This document shows, in pieces, positions 15,441-28,653 of a DNA stretch of 64,000 nucleotides. Position numbers and translations under genes: made by a program. The stretch is from assembly GCF_009914755.1 (NCBI RefSeq), contig NC_060925.1; one strand, given 5' to 3'. Each line of letters begins with the position of its first letter. Positions within the stretch are counted from its first letter, which is position 1. Under the pieces are notes generated by a model that was not told the DNA's origin, did no database searches, and saw nothing but the letters and a program-made list of their open reading frames with translations. Source of the DNA: the human T2T-CHM13v2.0 reference genome, Homo sapiens.

Positions 15441-18094
15441 TCTGGATGGGTAGAAGGCCCTGCTAGAAAGGAAGCCATTCTTAGATCTAAGGGCCATTTC
15501 ATTCCAGCATTAATCCATTGTTAAACTATCATTCATTCAACATTAATTATCCATGACATCAGGCACTATGCCTGAGAGCTGAGGATACAAAATGAAGAAC
15601 ATATGGTGTCTACTGGTGAGGAGCTCATTGCCTGGCATGGCAGCATGTGTTCTATCTAGCTGGTATTAGAATTTGATGCTTTTTCCTTCGTTACCTTGCT
15701 CTAAAAGGTAATATCAATTGAAAAGTACCTGCTGTTAGCATAGATGCTAGAATTTATTTAGCTAAGAATTGAATCTGATGATTCCAATCAGGCTTTGCCC
15801 CTTCTTTATTTTGCAAATTATCCCAGTTAAGAGTATCCCCATCCTCAGCCTGGATGTCTTTTACGGCCTTTATTTATCTTTATTTCATCATATATATATA
15901 ATGAAATATACACATACACACACACATACATACACACATGTATACACATACATACACATATATATAATTTACCAAATGAAAATAAAAATTTACATATATA
16001 ATATATAAATATATATATTTAACCATTTTAAAGTGAACAATTAAGTGGCATTCATAATGTTGTGTAACTACCACCTTTATCTAGTTCCAAAACATTTTCA
16101 TAACCCCAAAAGGAAACCCCATAGCCATTAATCAGTTACTCGCCATCCATCCTCCTCTCTGTGGAAAGGAAACCATATTTTGTATGGTTTCTTTTTCAGT
16201 TAATTTTTCACACCTCTTTACCTCCTGCTGAGTTAAGGCTTTTTAATACTGAGAGATTGTTTCTGGCTCCATCCGCATTCATTCTGTGCAATGTTCTACA
16301 TTGTGGGCACCTAGTATCATCTTATTTTTTTACTTCTATAATGAACACCTAACTTCCAGATTATCTGATGTAATACGACATTTTTTGTGATAGTTATGGC
16401 ATAAACTTTGTTAATTATAAAAGTAATATATGTGTGTTGTGAACATTTAAATATTATATAAATAAAGTAAAACATGAGAATCTCTCATAAGTCCCCTACA
16501 TTTACCAGAATAACTACCAGTAATAAAGTGCTGTGTAACATTTCAGATATTTCTTGATTCGGTTACATGCATTTCCCCCCAAAAATTATATTACAATATA
16601 ATTATATCAATAAACAGTTTTACCACTTGTTCATTAATTTTATGTTTCATTTATTCATTTATTCTTTCAATCAATATTTACTGAGTGCTTATTAGATGCC
16701 AAGAATTCTTCTAGGAGACAAGGATACAGAGGTGAAAAAAAAACCATGTCAGCATTTGTCAGATCATTATTTGAAATAAGAATATGTCATTTCATTACCT
16801 AGAAGCATCATGATTTAACACAATTTACTTAACTATTTTTCTACTGATGGACAGAAAAGATTATTTTGACCAACATTTATTGAATATTTACCACATGCCA
16901 GGCACTAGACTGAGATGAGTACATTTCTTTCTTGTTTTTATAACTAAAATTCAAATAATGTTCAGCTTCACTTCTATAGTGCCAAAATAACCTCTCTTTC
17001 ATATTTGAAGCAAAGTTGGGATTTTGAAGGTCTGTGAGTGAAGCAGTTTTAATCATTCCAACTATGTGCTCAGGACTATGGGGAATATATTTACCCATCC
17101 CTAAAATATTGTACAGCAGAAGAAATAATCAAAATAATTAAAATCTTTCTGGCCGGGGCACCAATCATTCAAATGGACACCTGAGCAGTGAGAACGGATA
17201 GAAGCTAGGAAAAAATGAATGCTTATCAGCTTAAGTATATATCCTAGTATGCGCTGTAGGAATATCCAGTCCTCAATTTGGTTGAGTCCTTTCTGTATCT
17301 TTTTTTGTGTGGTTTGCTTATTTGTTTTGTTTTGTGGGAAATGGGCAATATTTTTGCTTTTTCATTTACATATTTGGCTATGTGGAAACCCGAGGGAATG
17401 AATCATTCTGGATAGCTGAAAATTTTAATCATTTTTGATGGAAATCTTTCTAAAATGGATTTCACACTTCCCTGCCTTCTTAAACAGAGTGGATGGAATG
17501 TAATTAATCTTTTTTGATGACTTGGTTTTATCATTATGAACATTAATGACTGTGTGTGCTATCCAGAGATGATGTCCTCAACACTGATTGTGGTATGCAG
17601 GATGGTCTGGATTCCTATGATTCTCTGAATATTTGTCTCTAGTTATATTCTTCCCTTACTGGTGGACCATCAGTTGTCACTTCAGCTGACAGTGAAGCAG
17701 CACAGTGTGGGTGCAAAAAGGTAGGCTTAGGGGGAAGAGGAAGTTGCATTTTGGGATCAATTACTCTCTAATTTCAATCTCTTCATCTGTAAAATGATCA
17801 CCATAACCCACTTAACAGAAATATAATAAAGATTAAATGATGGGTCTCATGCATAGTGCAAAATAAACATATGTTAGTCCCTGTCCCCTGTCCGGGTGCT
17901 GACTTATAAAAACATATTTTCTGACTACATTGCATTTTCTACTTTGCTGTGGAACTGAAAGCTGGGCAGTGCAGTTGATAGGATTGTATGCAAAATAAGA
18001 TTAATGAAGTTTTTGGGGGGCAAGTTACCAAGAGCTCTCAGTTTTGTTCCATATAGACTTGTGACATCAATTTCGAAACCTTAGATATACGGTT

Positions 18095-18420
18095 TCTTCT
18101 TCTTCTTCTTCTTTTTTGTTTTTTGGGGGGGGGTGGTTTTAGACAGGGTCTTGCTCTGTCACTCATGCTAGAGTATAGTGGCACAATCATGGCTCACTGC
18201 AGCCTTGACCTTTTGGGCTCAAGTGATCCTCCCACCTCAGCCTCCCAAGTGAATGAAACTACAGGCACGTACCACCATACTCTGCAAATTTTTAAAGTTT
18301 TCATAGAGATGAGGTCTCACTATATTGCTTAGGCTGGTTTCAAACTCCTTAGCTGAAGGGATTCTCCCACCTTGGCCTCCCAGAGTGCTAGAGTTACAAG
18401 GGTGAGCCACCACTCCCAGC
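18095..18420 (-). mobile_element. AluJ
   Basis: GACAGGGTCTTGCTC, CACTGCAGCCTTGACC, GGGCTCAAGTGATCCTCCC (J diagnostics), high divergence. Confidence 0.9.
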
Positions 18421-19342
18421 TGCTATAGTTACTTCTTGAATCCTAAGAAATGTTCTGCCTCCACGAAATAGAGTGCTAGAGGGAAACATAAAACTTAGGT
18501 ATTTTGAAGTCCATACATAATACGGATAATGTTTTACATCAAGTGAATATTTAATTTTTAATATAATAATCAATGAAGATCCCATGGGAAAGGTGACATT
18601 TGAAGAAAGACTGAAACAAGCAAACCATAGATATTTGGCAGAAGACTCTTTCAAGCAGAGGAAACAGTAAATACAAAAGGAGGCAAAAACTTGTGTTCAA
18701 GAAATGGCAAAGAGTCCCAGAGGGTGGAACAAAATAATTATGTCAGATGTTGATAAGAGCAAAAGACAAAATCAAGCAGAAAATGGCATTGGGAGTATCT
18801 GGGCTGAGGTGGAAAGGATGGAGTTGTGGTGGAAAGCATGGAGTTAAGGTGCAACTTTAAATAGACAATTACATTAAAGATGATTGGTCTAAATGCTCCA
18901 ATTATAAGACAAAGACTATTATCAGATTGGATAAAAGTATAAGGTCTTGTTTATGCCTATAAGAACACACTTTCAATATAAAGACACAAGCAAATTAAAA
19001 GTAAAGGATGGAAAAAAGGTATGCACATCATGCTAGCATCGATCAAAAGAAGTTTGGAGTGACCATATAAATATCAAAGTAGATCTTAGAGCAAAGATTA
19101 TTACCATGGATAAAGGAGATATTTCATAATAAGTGTGAAATCATGAAGAGGAGATAATGATCCTAAATATTTATATATCTAATAACAGCTATACATAACA
19201 CAAAATCTATATAATTTCAAGGAGAAATAGATAAATATGTAATTATAGATAGAGATTACAAGTAAGCAGAAAATAAGTGAAGATATAGAAGATTTGAAAA
19301 ACATACCAACAATCTAGATGTAGTTGATGTTTATTATACAGC

Positions 19343-19684
19343 TGTCTTAGTTTGATTTGTTGCTATAACAGACTACCACACTGAATAATTTATAAAGAAA
19401 TAAAAAGTTTGCTTAGCTCATGGTTCTGGAGACTAGGAAGTTCAAGAGCACGGCACTGGCCTCTTTTGAGAGACTTCTTGCTGTGTCATAACGTGGTGGA
19501 AAGCATCACTAGATGAGAGGGCAAGAGCATGCATGTGTGTCAGATCAAATGTCTCTCTTAGAAAGTCACCAGTGCCATCATGGAGGCCCCCACCCTGATG
19601 ATCTTATCTATCCTAATTACCTTCCAAGGGCTCTACCCTCCAATCAACATATGAATTTGGGGATTAAGTTTTCAAACCATAGCA
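19343..19684. mobile_element. MST-type MaLR solo LTR
   Basis: TGTCTTAGT..GCTATAACAGA..TTCAAACCATAGCA; 5-bp TSD ACAGC/ACACC. Confidence 0.85.
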
Positions 19685-21969
19685 ACACCCTACCACAAGA
19701 CAGCAGAATGTACTTTCCCCCCTATTGCACACAGGGTATTTACCAAGATAAGTCATTCACGAGGCAATAAAACAAGTGTTAAAAAACTTAAAAGGATTAA
19801 AAGCATACAAAGTGTATTTCCTGATTACGATGTAAATAAAAGTAAATAATGGAACGATCTCTGGAAAATCTTCAAATAGTTGAAACTAATTAACACAATA
19901 CTACATAACTCATGGATCAAATATGAAATCAAAATGGAAATTAGAACCTATTTTGAAATCAATAAACATGAAAACATAGTATATCAAAATTTGTGGGATG
20001 TAGTAAAAGTTATGTTTAGAATAAAATTTATATCCTAAAACACTTAATTAGAAATAATAATTAAAGGTTCAAATCAGTAGCCTCAGTTAAAGAAAGTAGG
20101 AGAAAAGCATTAAAACAAAGTAAACTGAATAAAGAAAAGTGGTGATTGTCAGAGTAAAAATCAATTTAAAACATTTTAATAGAAAAAAATCAATAAACCA
20201 AAAGCTAGTTGTTTGAGCAGATCACTAAAATTGATAGACCCCTAACTACATGATCAGGAAAATCTTAGATGATAAAATTACTAATATCATGAATGAAAGA
20301 AGTGACATCACTACAGATTTCACAGATAATAAGAGGATCACAAAGGAAAATTAGGAAAGGTTACTCTTAGTAAACCTGACAACTTAGATAAAATAGACAA
20401 ATTTATTCAAAGTAACAAACTATGAAAGTTTACTCTAAGAAATAGGTAACCCACATAGTCCTATATATATTTAAGGAATTGTTATGCATTTAAAAATCTT
20501 CTCACAAAGAAAACTACAAGCCCAGATGTTTTAATTGGGCCACTGTTAGAAGAAATAATACCAATTTAACAAAACTCTTCAAAAGTACATAGGAGAAGAG
20601 AAGGGAATACTTTGAATGCATTTTGTAAAGCCAGCATTATTCCAGTACCAACACCAAATAGAAAGAAAAAAAAAAAAACCCTACAGATCAATATACGTAA
20701 CAAACAGGTGCAATTTTTATTATTGCAAATTTTAACAAATTTAATCCAAGAATATAGAAAAAGGAAATACATCATGACCACGTGGGATTGATGTCAGGCA
20801 TGCAAGTTTGGTTTGACATTTGAAAATCAATGAATAGAACTCATTATATTAGCAGACTAAAAATGAAAAATCATGTAATTATCTCAATAGACCAAAAAAA
20901 GCTTTGGGCAGATTCAATATCCACTTGTAATAATAATAAAAAAACCTCAGCAAACTAAGAATAGATAAAAACTTATTCAAACTGTTAAATTCCATTTGTG
21001 GAAAATCTACATCTAACATAATCATTTTTAATAATGAAGGACTGAATGCTTTTGCCATAAGATCAGGGACAAGGAAAGAATATGTACTATAATTACTTAT
21101 ATTTAAAATTGTACTGAGGGCTTTAGGTAGTAAAATAAGACAAAAAAGGAAAAAGACATCCAGATTGGACAGGAAACAGTAAAACACTTCTTACTCACAT
21201 ATAAAATGATTGTTTATGTAGGAAATACCATGGAAACGTGAATTAATTAGGAAGGTTGCAGGATACAGGATCAATACACAAAATCAGTGTGTTTTTACAT
21301 ATTAACACCAAGCAATTAAAATTAAATTAAAAATCTATGTCACAAAGCATACAATGAAATATGAAGATATATATACAAAAAGATGTAAATGATATTAAAA
21401 CCTAGAAAACATTGCTAAAGAAGACATAAATAAATTGAGAAATATAGATTCATAGATAGAAATACTTGATTTTGCTAAGATGTTAATTATCTTCATTGTA
21501 TATCTAGATATACAATATAATCCTAATAAGAATTTAAGAATAATCTTTTAATATTGAAATTAAGAACCTGATTCTAAAATTCATATGAAAATGCAATGAA
21601 CTAGAAATGCCCAACAAACTTTGGAGAAGAATGAAGTTGAAGAACATACACTACCTGATCTCAAGACATTATAAAGTTGAAGATATTATTACAAATATCA
21701 AGACAGTGTGGTATTGGTGTAATGATAGACAAATATGCCAATGGAACAAAATAGAGCATTTAGAAACAGAACCACACTTACATGGTTAATCAATTTTTGA
21801 CAAAGGGACAAAGGTAATTCAATGGAGAAAAGATAGTCCTTTCAACGAATAGAACTAAAATAATTGAATATCCACATGTCAAAAAATAAACTTCAATTCA
21901 TATGCCACACTATGGAAAAATAAACTAAAAAATGGGCTATAGACTTAAATAGCCTATATGGAACCCAAG

Positions 21970-22520
21970 TGTGATAGTTAATACTGTCCACTTGATTGGA
22001 TTGAAGGATACAAAGTATTGATCCTGTGTGTGTCTGTGAGGGTGTTGCCAAAGGAGATTAACATTTGAGTCGGTGGGCCGGGAAAGACAGTCCCACCCTC
22101 AATTTGGTTGGGCATCATCTGATCAGCTGCCAGCACAGCTAGAATACAAAAAGCAGGCAGAAAAATGTGAAACGATAAGACTGGCCTAGCCTCCCAGTCT
22201 ACATCTTACTCTTGTGCTGTATGCTTCCTGCCCTCCAACATCGGACTCCAAATTCTTCAGTTTTGGGACTCAGACCGGCTTGCCTTACTCCTCAGCTTGC
22301 AGACAGCCTATTGTGGGACCTTGTGCTCGTGTGAGTTAATACTTAATAAACTCATATTATATATATTATATATAATATATATAATATATTATATATAATA
22401 TATATAAGTTTATATATAAATACTTAAACTCATTTTATGTATATATATAGGATATATATGATATGTATGATATATATGATATCTCCTATTAGTTCTGTAC
22501 CTCTAGAGAACCCTAATACA
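21970..22520 (+). mobile_element. MLT2A (ERVL) solo LTR with internal (TA)-rich expansion
   Basis: TGTGATAGTTAATACT..TTGATTGGATTGAAGGA..CTAGAGAACCCTAATACA; TSD CCAAG/TCAAG. Confidence 0.9.
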
Positions 22521-23739
22521 TCAAGACTATAAAAGTTCAAGAAAAATAACCCAGGAGAAAATCATCTCTTGGCTTAGGTAAAGATTTCTTAGGTATATTA
22601 AATGCATAACCCATAAAAGAAAAAAATTGATAAATTGGACTTAGTGGAAATTTAAAACTGTTAATTGAAAGACAGGAAAGTGAAATATGATACAGACTGG
22701 GAGAAATATAAACTCAATAATAAGAAAGCAAACAACCCAGTAAAATATTGTGAAAGATTTAAACAGATACTTCACTGAATAAGATATAAATGGCAAATAA
22801 TCACATGCTATGCTCAACATTTTAAATCATTTGGGTAATGCAACTTAACACCAAAATGATATATTTCTAAATACCTTATAGAATGTCTAAAATTACAACA
22901 TTGATCTACCAAGTGTTCATGAGCATGTAAAGGAATGGACCACTGCTGATGGGAATGTAAAATGCTACAACCACATTGGAGAAATTTAGTAGCTTCTTTA
23001 AAAGTTAAATATACTAATATATGACCCAGCTGTTCTGCTTCTATGTATTTACCCAAGAAAAATTAAAGCATGTGGCCATATACAACTTATATATAAATGT
23101 TCGTAGTAGTTTTATTTCTAATAGTTCCAAACTGGAAACAACCCACACATCCATCAATGGGTAAGTGGAAATACAAATTGTAGTCTTATCTATACAAGTA
23201 GTATTGCTGAAGAATACCACTCAGCAATTAGAAAGGATAAGCATGTAAAAAAACACGGATTAACCTCAACCTAATTATGCTGCATTAGAGAAGTCAAGCA
23301 CCACCCCTCCCAAGAATACATATGTAATTTCATTCGTGTAAAATTGTAGAAATTGCAAGCCAATGTGTAACAAATAACACATATAAATGGTCACCTGGGG
23401 ACAGGTATGTAGGGGACAGGGATATAGGGAGCAGAGATGAACGTGGGGATTACACTGGGCAGGAGAAAACTTTCTGGGGTGTTGGATATATTTACTATCT
23501 TGACTGTGGTTATGGTTTCACTGCTGTTTATTTGTCAAAATTCTTTACATTTTGCACATCAAATATGTACAGTTTATTATATGTCAGTTATACCTCAATA
23601 GAGACATTAAAAATTTTAAAATCTAAAATTATAATAAAAGATGGCATGTGATAAGAAAGTTCATTCTAAAATTTTCTTGATGACAGATATTTTAGAGTAT
23701 TTAAAAATTAGGCAAGCAATTTAATTTTTTTTTCTTTTA

Positions 23740-23960
23740 ATATCTACTGATAAAATGCTTAGTTTGTGCTAGGTACTATTCTAAGTGCTTTACAATTTTT
23801 AACTCATTTAGTCCTCATCATAATTCTATTACATAAATAAGGCATTATCCATACCCTTTAGACATGTGAAGAAATGGAGACACTGAGAATGGCATAGTGT
23901 GTAAATGCAGAGCTGGGATTTCAACCCAGGCAGTCTGGCTCCAGGGATAGAGCTCTGTTT
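23740..23960 (-). mobile_element. MIR
   Basis: GTGCTAGGTACTATTCTAAGTGCTTTAC..GAGCTGGGATTTCAACCCAGGCAGTCTGGCTCCAG. Confidence 0.8.
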
Positions 23961-24039
23961 AATCTTGCTTATAAAGAAAGAGTTTATTTTGACTACTTCA
24001 CAGATTCAGTGACTGTACTATAGGATTTTACTTTCATTC

Positions 24040-24600
24040 TGTTGCCACCACATTTTTTTGAATAGATTTTTGCACACAGGTTGAATTATTTACTGCCTTT
24101 TATAGGATCATACTTTTAACACATACTAAGCACTGCTTTGATTAGCACACACTGTCCTGCCCACCAGGCCCCTGCCTTAAATACCTCTCTGTCTCCCGAT
24201 TCTTCACTTCTTTTCCAAATTGTTTCCATTCTACAAAGCACAAGCCTTCAGGTTTTTAAATAAATACAGCAACACGTCACTTACCCTTATTTCCATCCAA
24301 ATTTGTTTGCCCCATTGTAAAGTTTCCATGGCATTTATTATCCAAATAAAATTATAGAATACCTGATTACATATTGCTTCTACTGATTCTTGTATAGTGA
24401 ATGTAAATTTTGTGTTGCCAATTAGATTATGTGTCTTCAAAATCAGAAATCAAGTCTTTACTTTTGCCATACATATGCAAAAATACAAGTTTTTGACACA
24501 GAATTGCCAACTTCTCTGGACTCACAGGAGCACACATGCCCCACTTAAAAACACATTCCTACTGTCCTTTTTAAGCACTCATAGAGAATAAATAGCTCGG
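24040..24600 (+). pseudogene. TLR11/12-like fragment copy N (N-terminal LRRs)
   Basis: DFCTQV (~24065); FFTSFPN (~24199); QAFRFLNK (~24241); YFHPNLFAPL*SF (~24288); FVLPIRL (~24409); same order as the N-termini of copies E, H and D. Confidence 0.5.
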
Positions 24601-26919
24601 AATATGAAGACTGGCAATACATCCATCCCTACCTCCACTGCTATTTCTAAGTTTCGCCTTGGGTGTGTAATGAGAGATGTCCACTCGGGCATGAAAAACA
24701 GAGGCTAAATGAATTGTATTTGAATTCTGAAAATGGCACATTTATTGGTTAGGGCAAATTCCAAGTTTTTTTCTTCTTTAAAGAATGTGACATTTGTATT
24801 GAACCAATGAAGAGTGGGTGTGCAGCGGGGGGGTGGGGGGGCGTCCTCTTGGAATGGATAAAAATTCATTAAGCTAGTTCAGCAGGGAATACCACGATCC
24901 ACATTTTACCCAGTCCTTCCTCCTCAAATAGTTTTCATTAACTCTCTGAGTTCTAAAACAAATCACTCTTGTTTTTTCATTACATGTTTCATATAATTTA
25001 TTGTACATAATAAATAGTTTGCAAGAGTTGGGTTTATGAATAGCTTGAAACAGGTTTTCCATGTCCAAATCAAGCTGCCATAGTAACCATTTTTCATTTC
25101 TGCCAAACGTATGGTCTTTTCCTTTTTTTCTGCCTTGAAATATGTTGTTTAAAAAAATCCCAAATTATTCAGGAAAGTTGATCAGGTTTCATTAAAATAA
25201 TGACTTCATTGTTAGCAAGTGCTCATTTCAATCTCTTATTAAATGACTGCTTCTTGCATTATGAGTATCAAACTAAAATATATAAAGAGAGCATTAAATT
25301 TTGATTCAGTGATATTTATCACAAAAATAAATTAAAACACATATTTGTTCTCCTCTCATCTCTCCACAAAGGAACCCTCTATCCTTTCAAACAATAGAGC
25401 AGAAGCAAGGCCAAGTTAAGATTCTGCCAGCATAATCCCGTGTAGAAAGTCCAGGAGGACAGTAGAGTCGCCTGAGTATTTATATCCAAATAATCTCACG
25501 AGCTTCTATTTCTTTGGCAAGGAGGATTTAAAGGTTGTTTCTACAGGTGTTTTTCCAACTTCCCATTTTTATAATCTTTTGCCTTTTTCGGTAACTAGCA
25601 TTGCAAGTCAGAATCCTCCATCAAGCAACCAGTACCTCCTAGATAAACCTACAAGTTCCAAAAGCCAACCCAATTCCATACGGTTTACAAAACCTGCACT
25701 CAACAGTCACTTACCTCAAATCCTGAGGCAAAAAAACCACCTTCAGAAGTCACTATGATATATGTCCATTACAACAGCAAGTGTTATGTAGGTTGAAGGG
25801 AGCGACAGTGTTTTGGCAAGTAGAGAAATACCTACTTTTATGAAGACACTCTTTATATTAATGATCTACTTTTAGGGGTTCTTTCTTTTTTTTCTCATTA
25901 GAATTTTAAAACGTTTGGCTACCTGTTTCTGTTCTTTCAATCTCTATAAACTAGTATTTAGCTTAGAGAAAGATAATTTATTAAGCAATCCTGATATAAT
26001 TTATTAAGCAACTCAGCAGCATCAACAGATGTACAGAATTTTACCATGCCTATTAAAATACCTTGCTTTAAAGTACTTTATAGAAGCCTCATTGTTTTTC
26101 AATACATACTTTAGATTCTTACATGTCTAACCTAATTGTATTTCCTTCACAACTTCATTTATTCAACAAATATTTAATGAGTGATTTCTCTGTGCAGTAT
26201 CATATATATTCTATGGATTCATATATTTAAGAATAAAATCTGAACTCTATCATCACGGATGTAAATTAAACACAAAGATGAAATGTAATGTAATGTGGAA
26301 GCCAGATTGTGTAACACTTTGAGTGAGAAAACAGAGTTTGGATTATACCACCACTATTACTACTACTGCTATCATTCTTACTGTTACAATGACTACTACT
26401 AATTATATTTTAAAACATTTTTTGCAAGCTTCAGAAACCAACTGCAGATAGTTTAACTAAGAAAACAGGTGGTAAGCAGATCTGCTGGAAAGATCTATAT
26501 ATCTCATGGAATCTAAAGAAGAGATTAATAAGCTTTGAGTGCAATAGGAGCCAGGGGCTCTTTGGAACCTGAATTGTAAGTTTCTGAATCTTGTCTCTTG
26601 ATTGCTGTCACTAAAATGAAATAGTTCCCAGCTTCCAGTGTAAGGCTCTTGAGTTACAATCCAAAATTTGGGAAAACAAATCTACTTAGTCCAGCTTGAG
26701 TCAACGTCCAGTCCAGACTAACTGTGGTTAAGTTGGCAGGTTCAAGTATTACAGACATCGTTGAGGTCCACTCCCGGGTATTGAGTGAGTGGAGTTGAGG
26801 GAAGGAAAATCACAGTGAGGTAGTTGACAAAAGACGCTTTCTGTAACCGCAACCACCATTCTGTAGATGAGCCCCCCCACTGTCAGGTCAGAGCTCAGTA
26901 ATGGAAAAATGTGCAAAGC

Positions 26920-27100
26920 ACAGTGCTAAGTACTTCTCATACCATCTCAAGTAATCCCCCAAAGCCTAATGCAGTAGATTACTACTCTCAATACGCCTAA
27001 AAGAAAATTGAGATTTAAAGAGAATAATAGCCAATAAATAGTAGAACCCAGATCTAAAGTTTGCTCTTTCTGGCTGTACAGCCTATAATGTATCCCTTAT
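26920..27100 (-). mobile_element. MIR inside copy D
   Basis: AGCACAGTGCTAAGTACTT..AAGAAAATTGAGATTTAAAGAG. Confidence 0.6.
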
Positions 27101-27922
27101 CTGCTGTGGTCAATCCAGTAGATTAACGTAGAGATTGAGTCTGGTGTCTCTGACCCCAGGGGATTTCTGTCCACAATTCTTTATTTTGAATACATGAAGA
27201 GTTGATTGATTGAAAGAGTAATTTAAGGAGCCAATAAACATCTGGTTCTAGTACCCTAAAAGTGCTTCACTTTTCTAGTCATGCTCTAATATGAAAAGAA
27301 AGGAAAATGTGTTCCAGGTATGTATGAGTGTGTTTTCCCATGGAATCTATGTGATGCATTGTGCCTAGGTGTAGAATAAATGGTACTATTAATATAGTAT
27401 TCCAGTGCATCATGAATAGAATAGAACTTTTTGTGGGAAACCAACTACCACTTATTATATGGTTTATATGGGAAATTCCAAACATTTGACTGAGAAATAA
27501 AGTTTAAGCATGGATACAAACTATTAGCCAGTCAGATACTGCCTGTAGATGATTTTCTTCTGGACACAGAATAAGCTATTTATTTCTCTAGTGAGTGAAT
27601 TTTAACTTGAAAAATGAGAAATAATCTGTATCTGTTTTCCAATCAGAGGAGCAGAAATTCCCAGGAAGCTCTTGGAGGTGGAGTGAGGACTCAGATGTTG
27701 GGAAGGTAAATCCAGGCCAGTAATGAGTTTTCTGTACATGTTTTCATAAGATAAGGTAGCACTTTGGGCCTGGCACTCGAACTTGTTAAACAAAGCCCAG
27801 TTTATTACCCAGCAAGGGTGGAGTGGATGGTGAGGGTGAGAGGAAGGTGAAGAGCAAGCAAAATTGTGTTGGCTATGGCTTAGTCATATTCTCAGGTTAT
27901 TATTAAGTCTTAAAGTCATAAG

Positions 27923-28653
27923 TGTCAACTGAAGAATCACAAGTTCATAAATTTGGAAAGGAGAGCTTTATTTCTCATAAAGGGTTGCAGCCTGCAGGCA
28001 GCCATTCTAACAGGCTGGAGAAGTGTAGCCTCCGGTCAGGAGCCAGAAAAAGGCACTTAAAGGGTAGAAAGAATAAAACAGGGATTTATGCTGAATGGGA
28101 TGGCCAAATATACATATTCAACAACTTATAGGAGGAGCTATGAATATTCACAAAGGGGAGGCACAGGTATGCGTAATAGGCTAATAGGCATGCAACATGT
28201 GTCCCACAGTCACTTTGGGGTGGACTTAACAACTAAATGTATTACAATTAGGCCCAAATACATAAAAAAAAAAAGTGAAGCTGAGGACATGAAGGGCCTC
28301 TGTACACAGCCTCTGTAGACTGGTCAGAACCACCTGGTGGTTGGTGGTCCCTCGTTAGGAAGAAATGCTGGTCATTTGTTATGCCAAAACCACAAAAGGG
28401 AGGGGCGGCATCAGGTGGTTGGTTGATATTGGTGGTGGAACAAGTCTTTTAAAAGGACTGATTTCTGTTTAACTCTTAGGAAAGAAAGCCTAATGGCGAT
28501 CAGCTGGGGAGGGGTTATACTGAGGTATGTCCAATCTCTGGTCAATCATAGCTGGAAATTCAGTTTTTAAGATTTCTCTGGAGTCCCCTTGGCCAAGACA
28601 GGGTCTATTCAATCAGCCGAAGGGAGCTCATGATTTTAGTTTTATTTCTCACA
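27923..28653 (-). mobile_element. MER4-group ERV1 solo LTR
   Basis: Minus strand TGTGAGAAATAAAA..TTGGCCAAGGGGACTCCAGAGAAA..TGAGAAATAAAGCTCTCCTTTCCAAATTTATGAAC..TTCAGTTGACA. Confidence 0.85.

Larger units (their letters stand above)
10700..17700 (+). pseudogene. TLR11/12-like pseudogene copy H, near full length, split by many TE insertions
   Basis: VRS*TSK/C (~10741); NSFAHFES (~11034); HNGFCHFTSF (~11143); FKSCSKV (~11489); NRLGNV (~11523); after Tigger3/MER44: DISNNLL (~12486), HIVKS*F (~12574), NLSNLRWLFL (~12643); TM ORF 17219-17401 C..IQ..FCIFFCVVCLFVLF..WAIFLLFHLHIWLCG; TIR-like IMNINDCV, TVCAIQR, LVIFF, HQLS (~17530-17685). Confidence 0.68.
18860..23620 (+). mobile_element. Old L1M (L1MC/MD-like) ORF2 to 3' end, interrupted by two LTRs
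   Basis: A-rich decayed ORF2 (e.g. IKTVWYWCNDRQICQWNKIE in ORF 21607-21789); 3' end TACAGTTTATTATATGTCAGTTATACCTCAATA. Confidence 0.9.

Noticed and set aside
27250-27580. LRR-like words on the plus strand (LKVLHFSS, ELFVGNQL)
   Set aside because: The minus strand gives more specific, collinear matches. This shows isolated LRR-like words arise by chance, so only ordered series were accepted.
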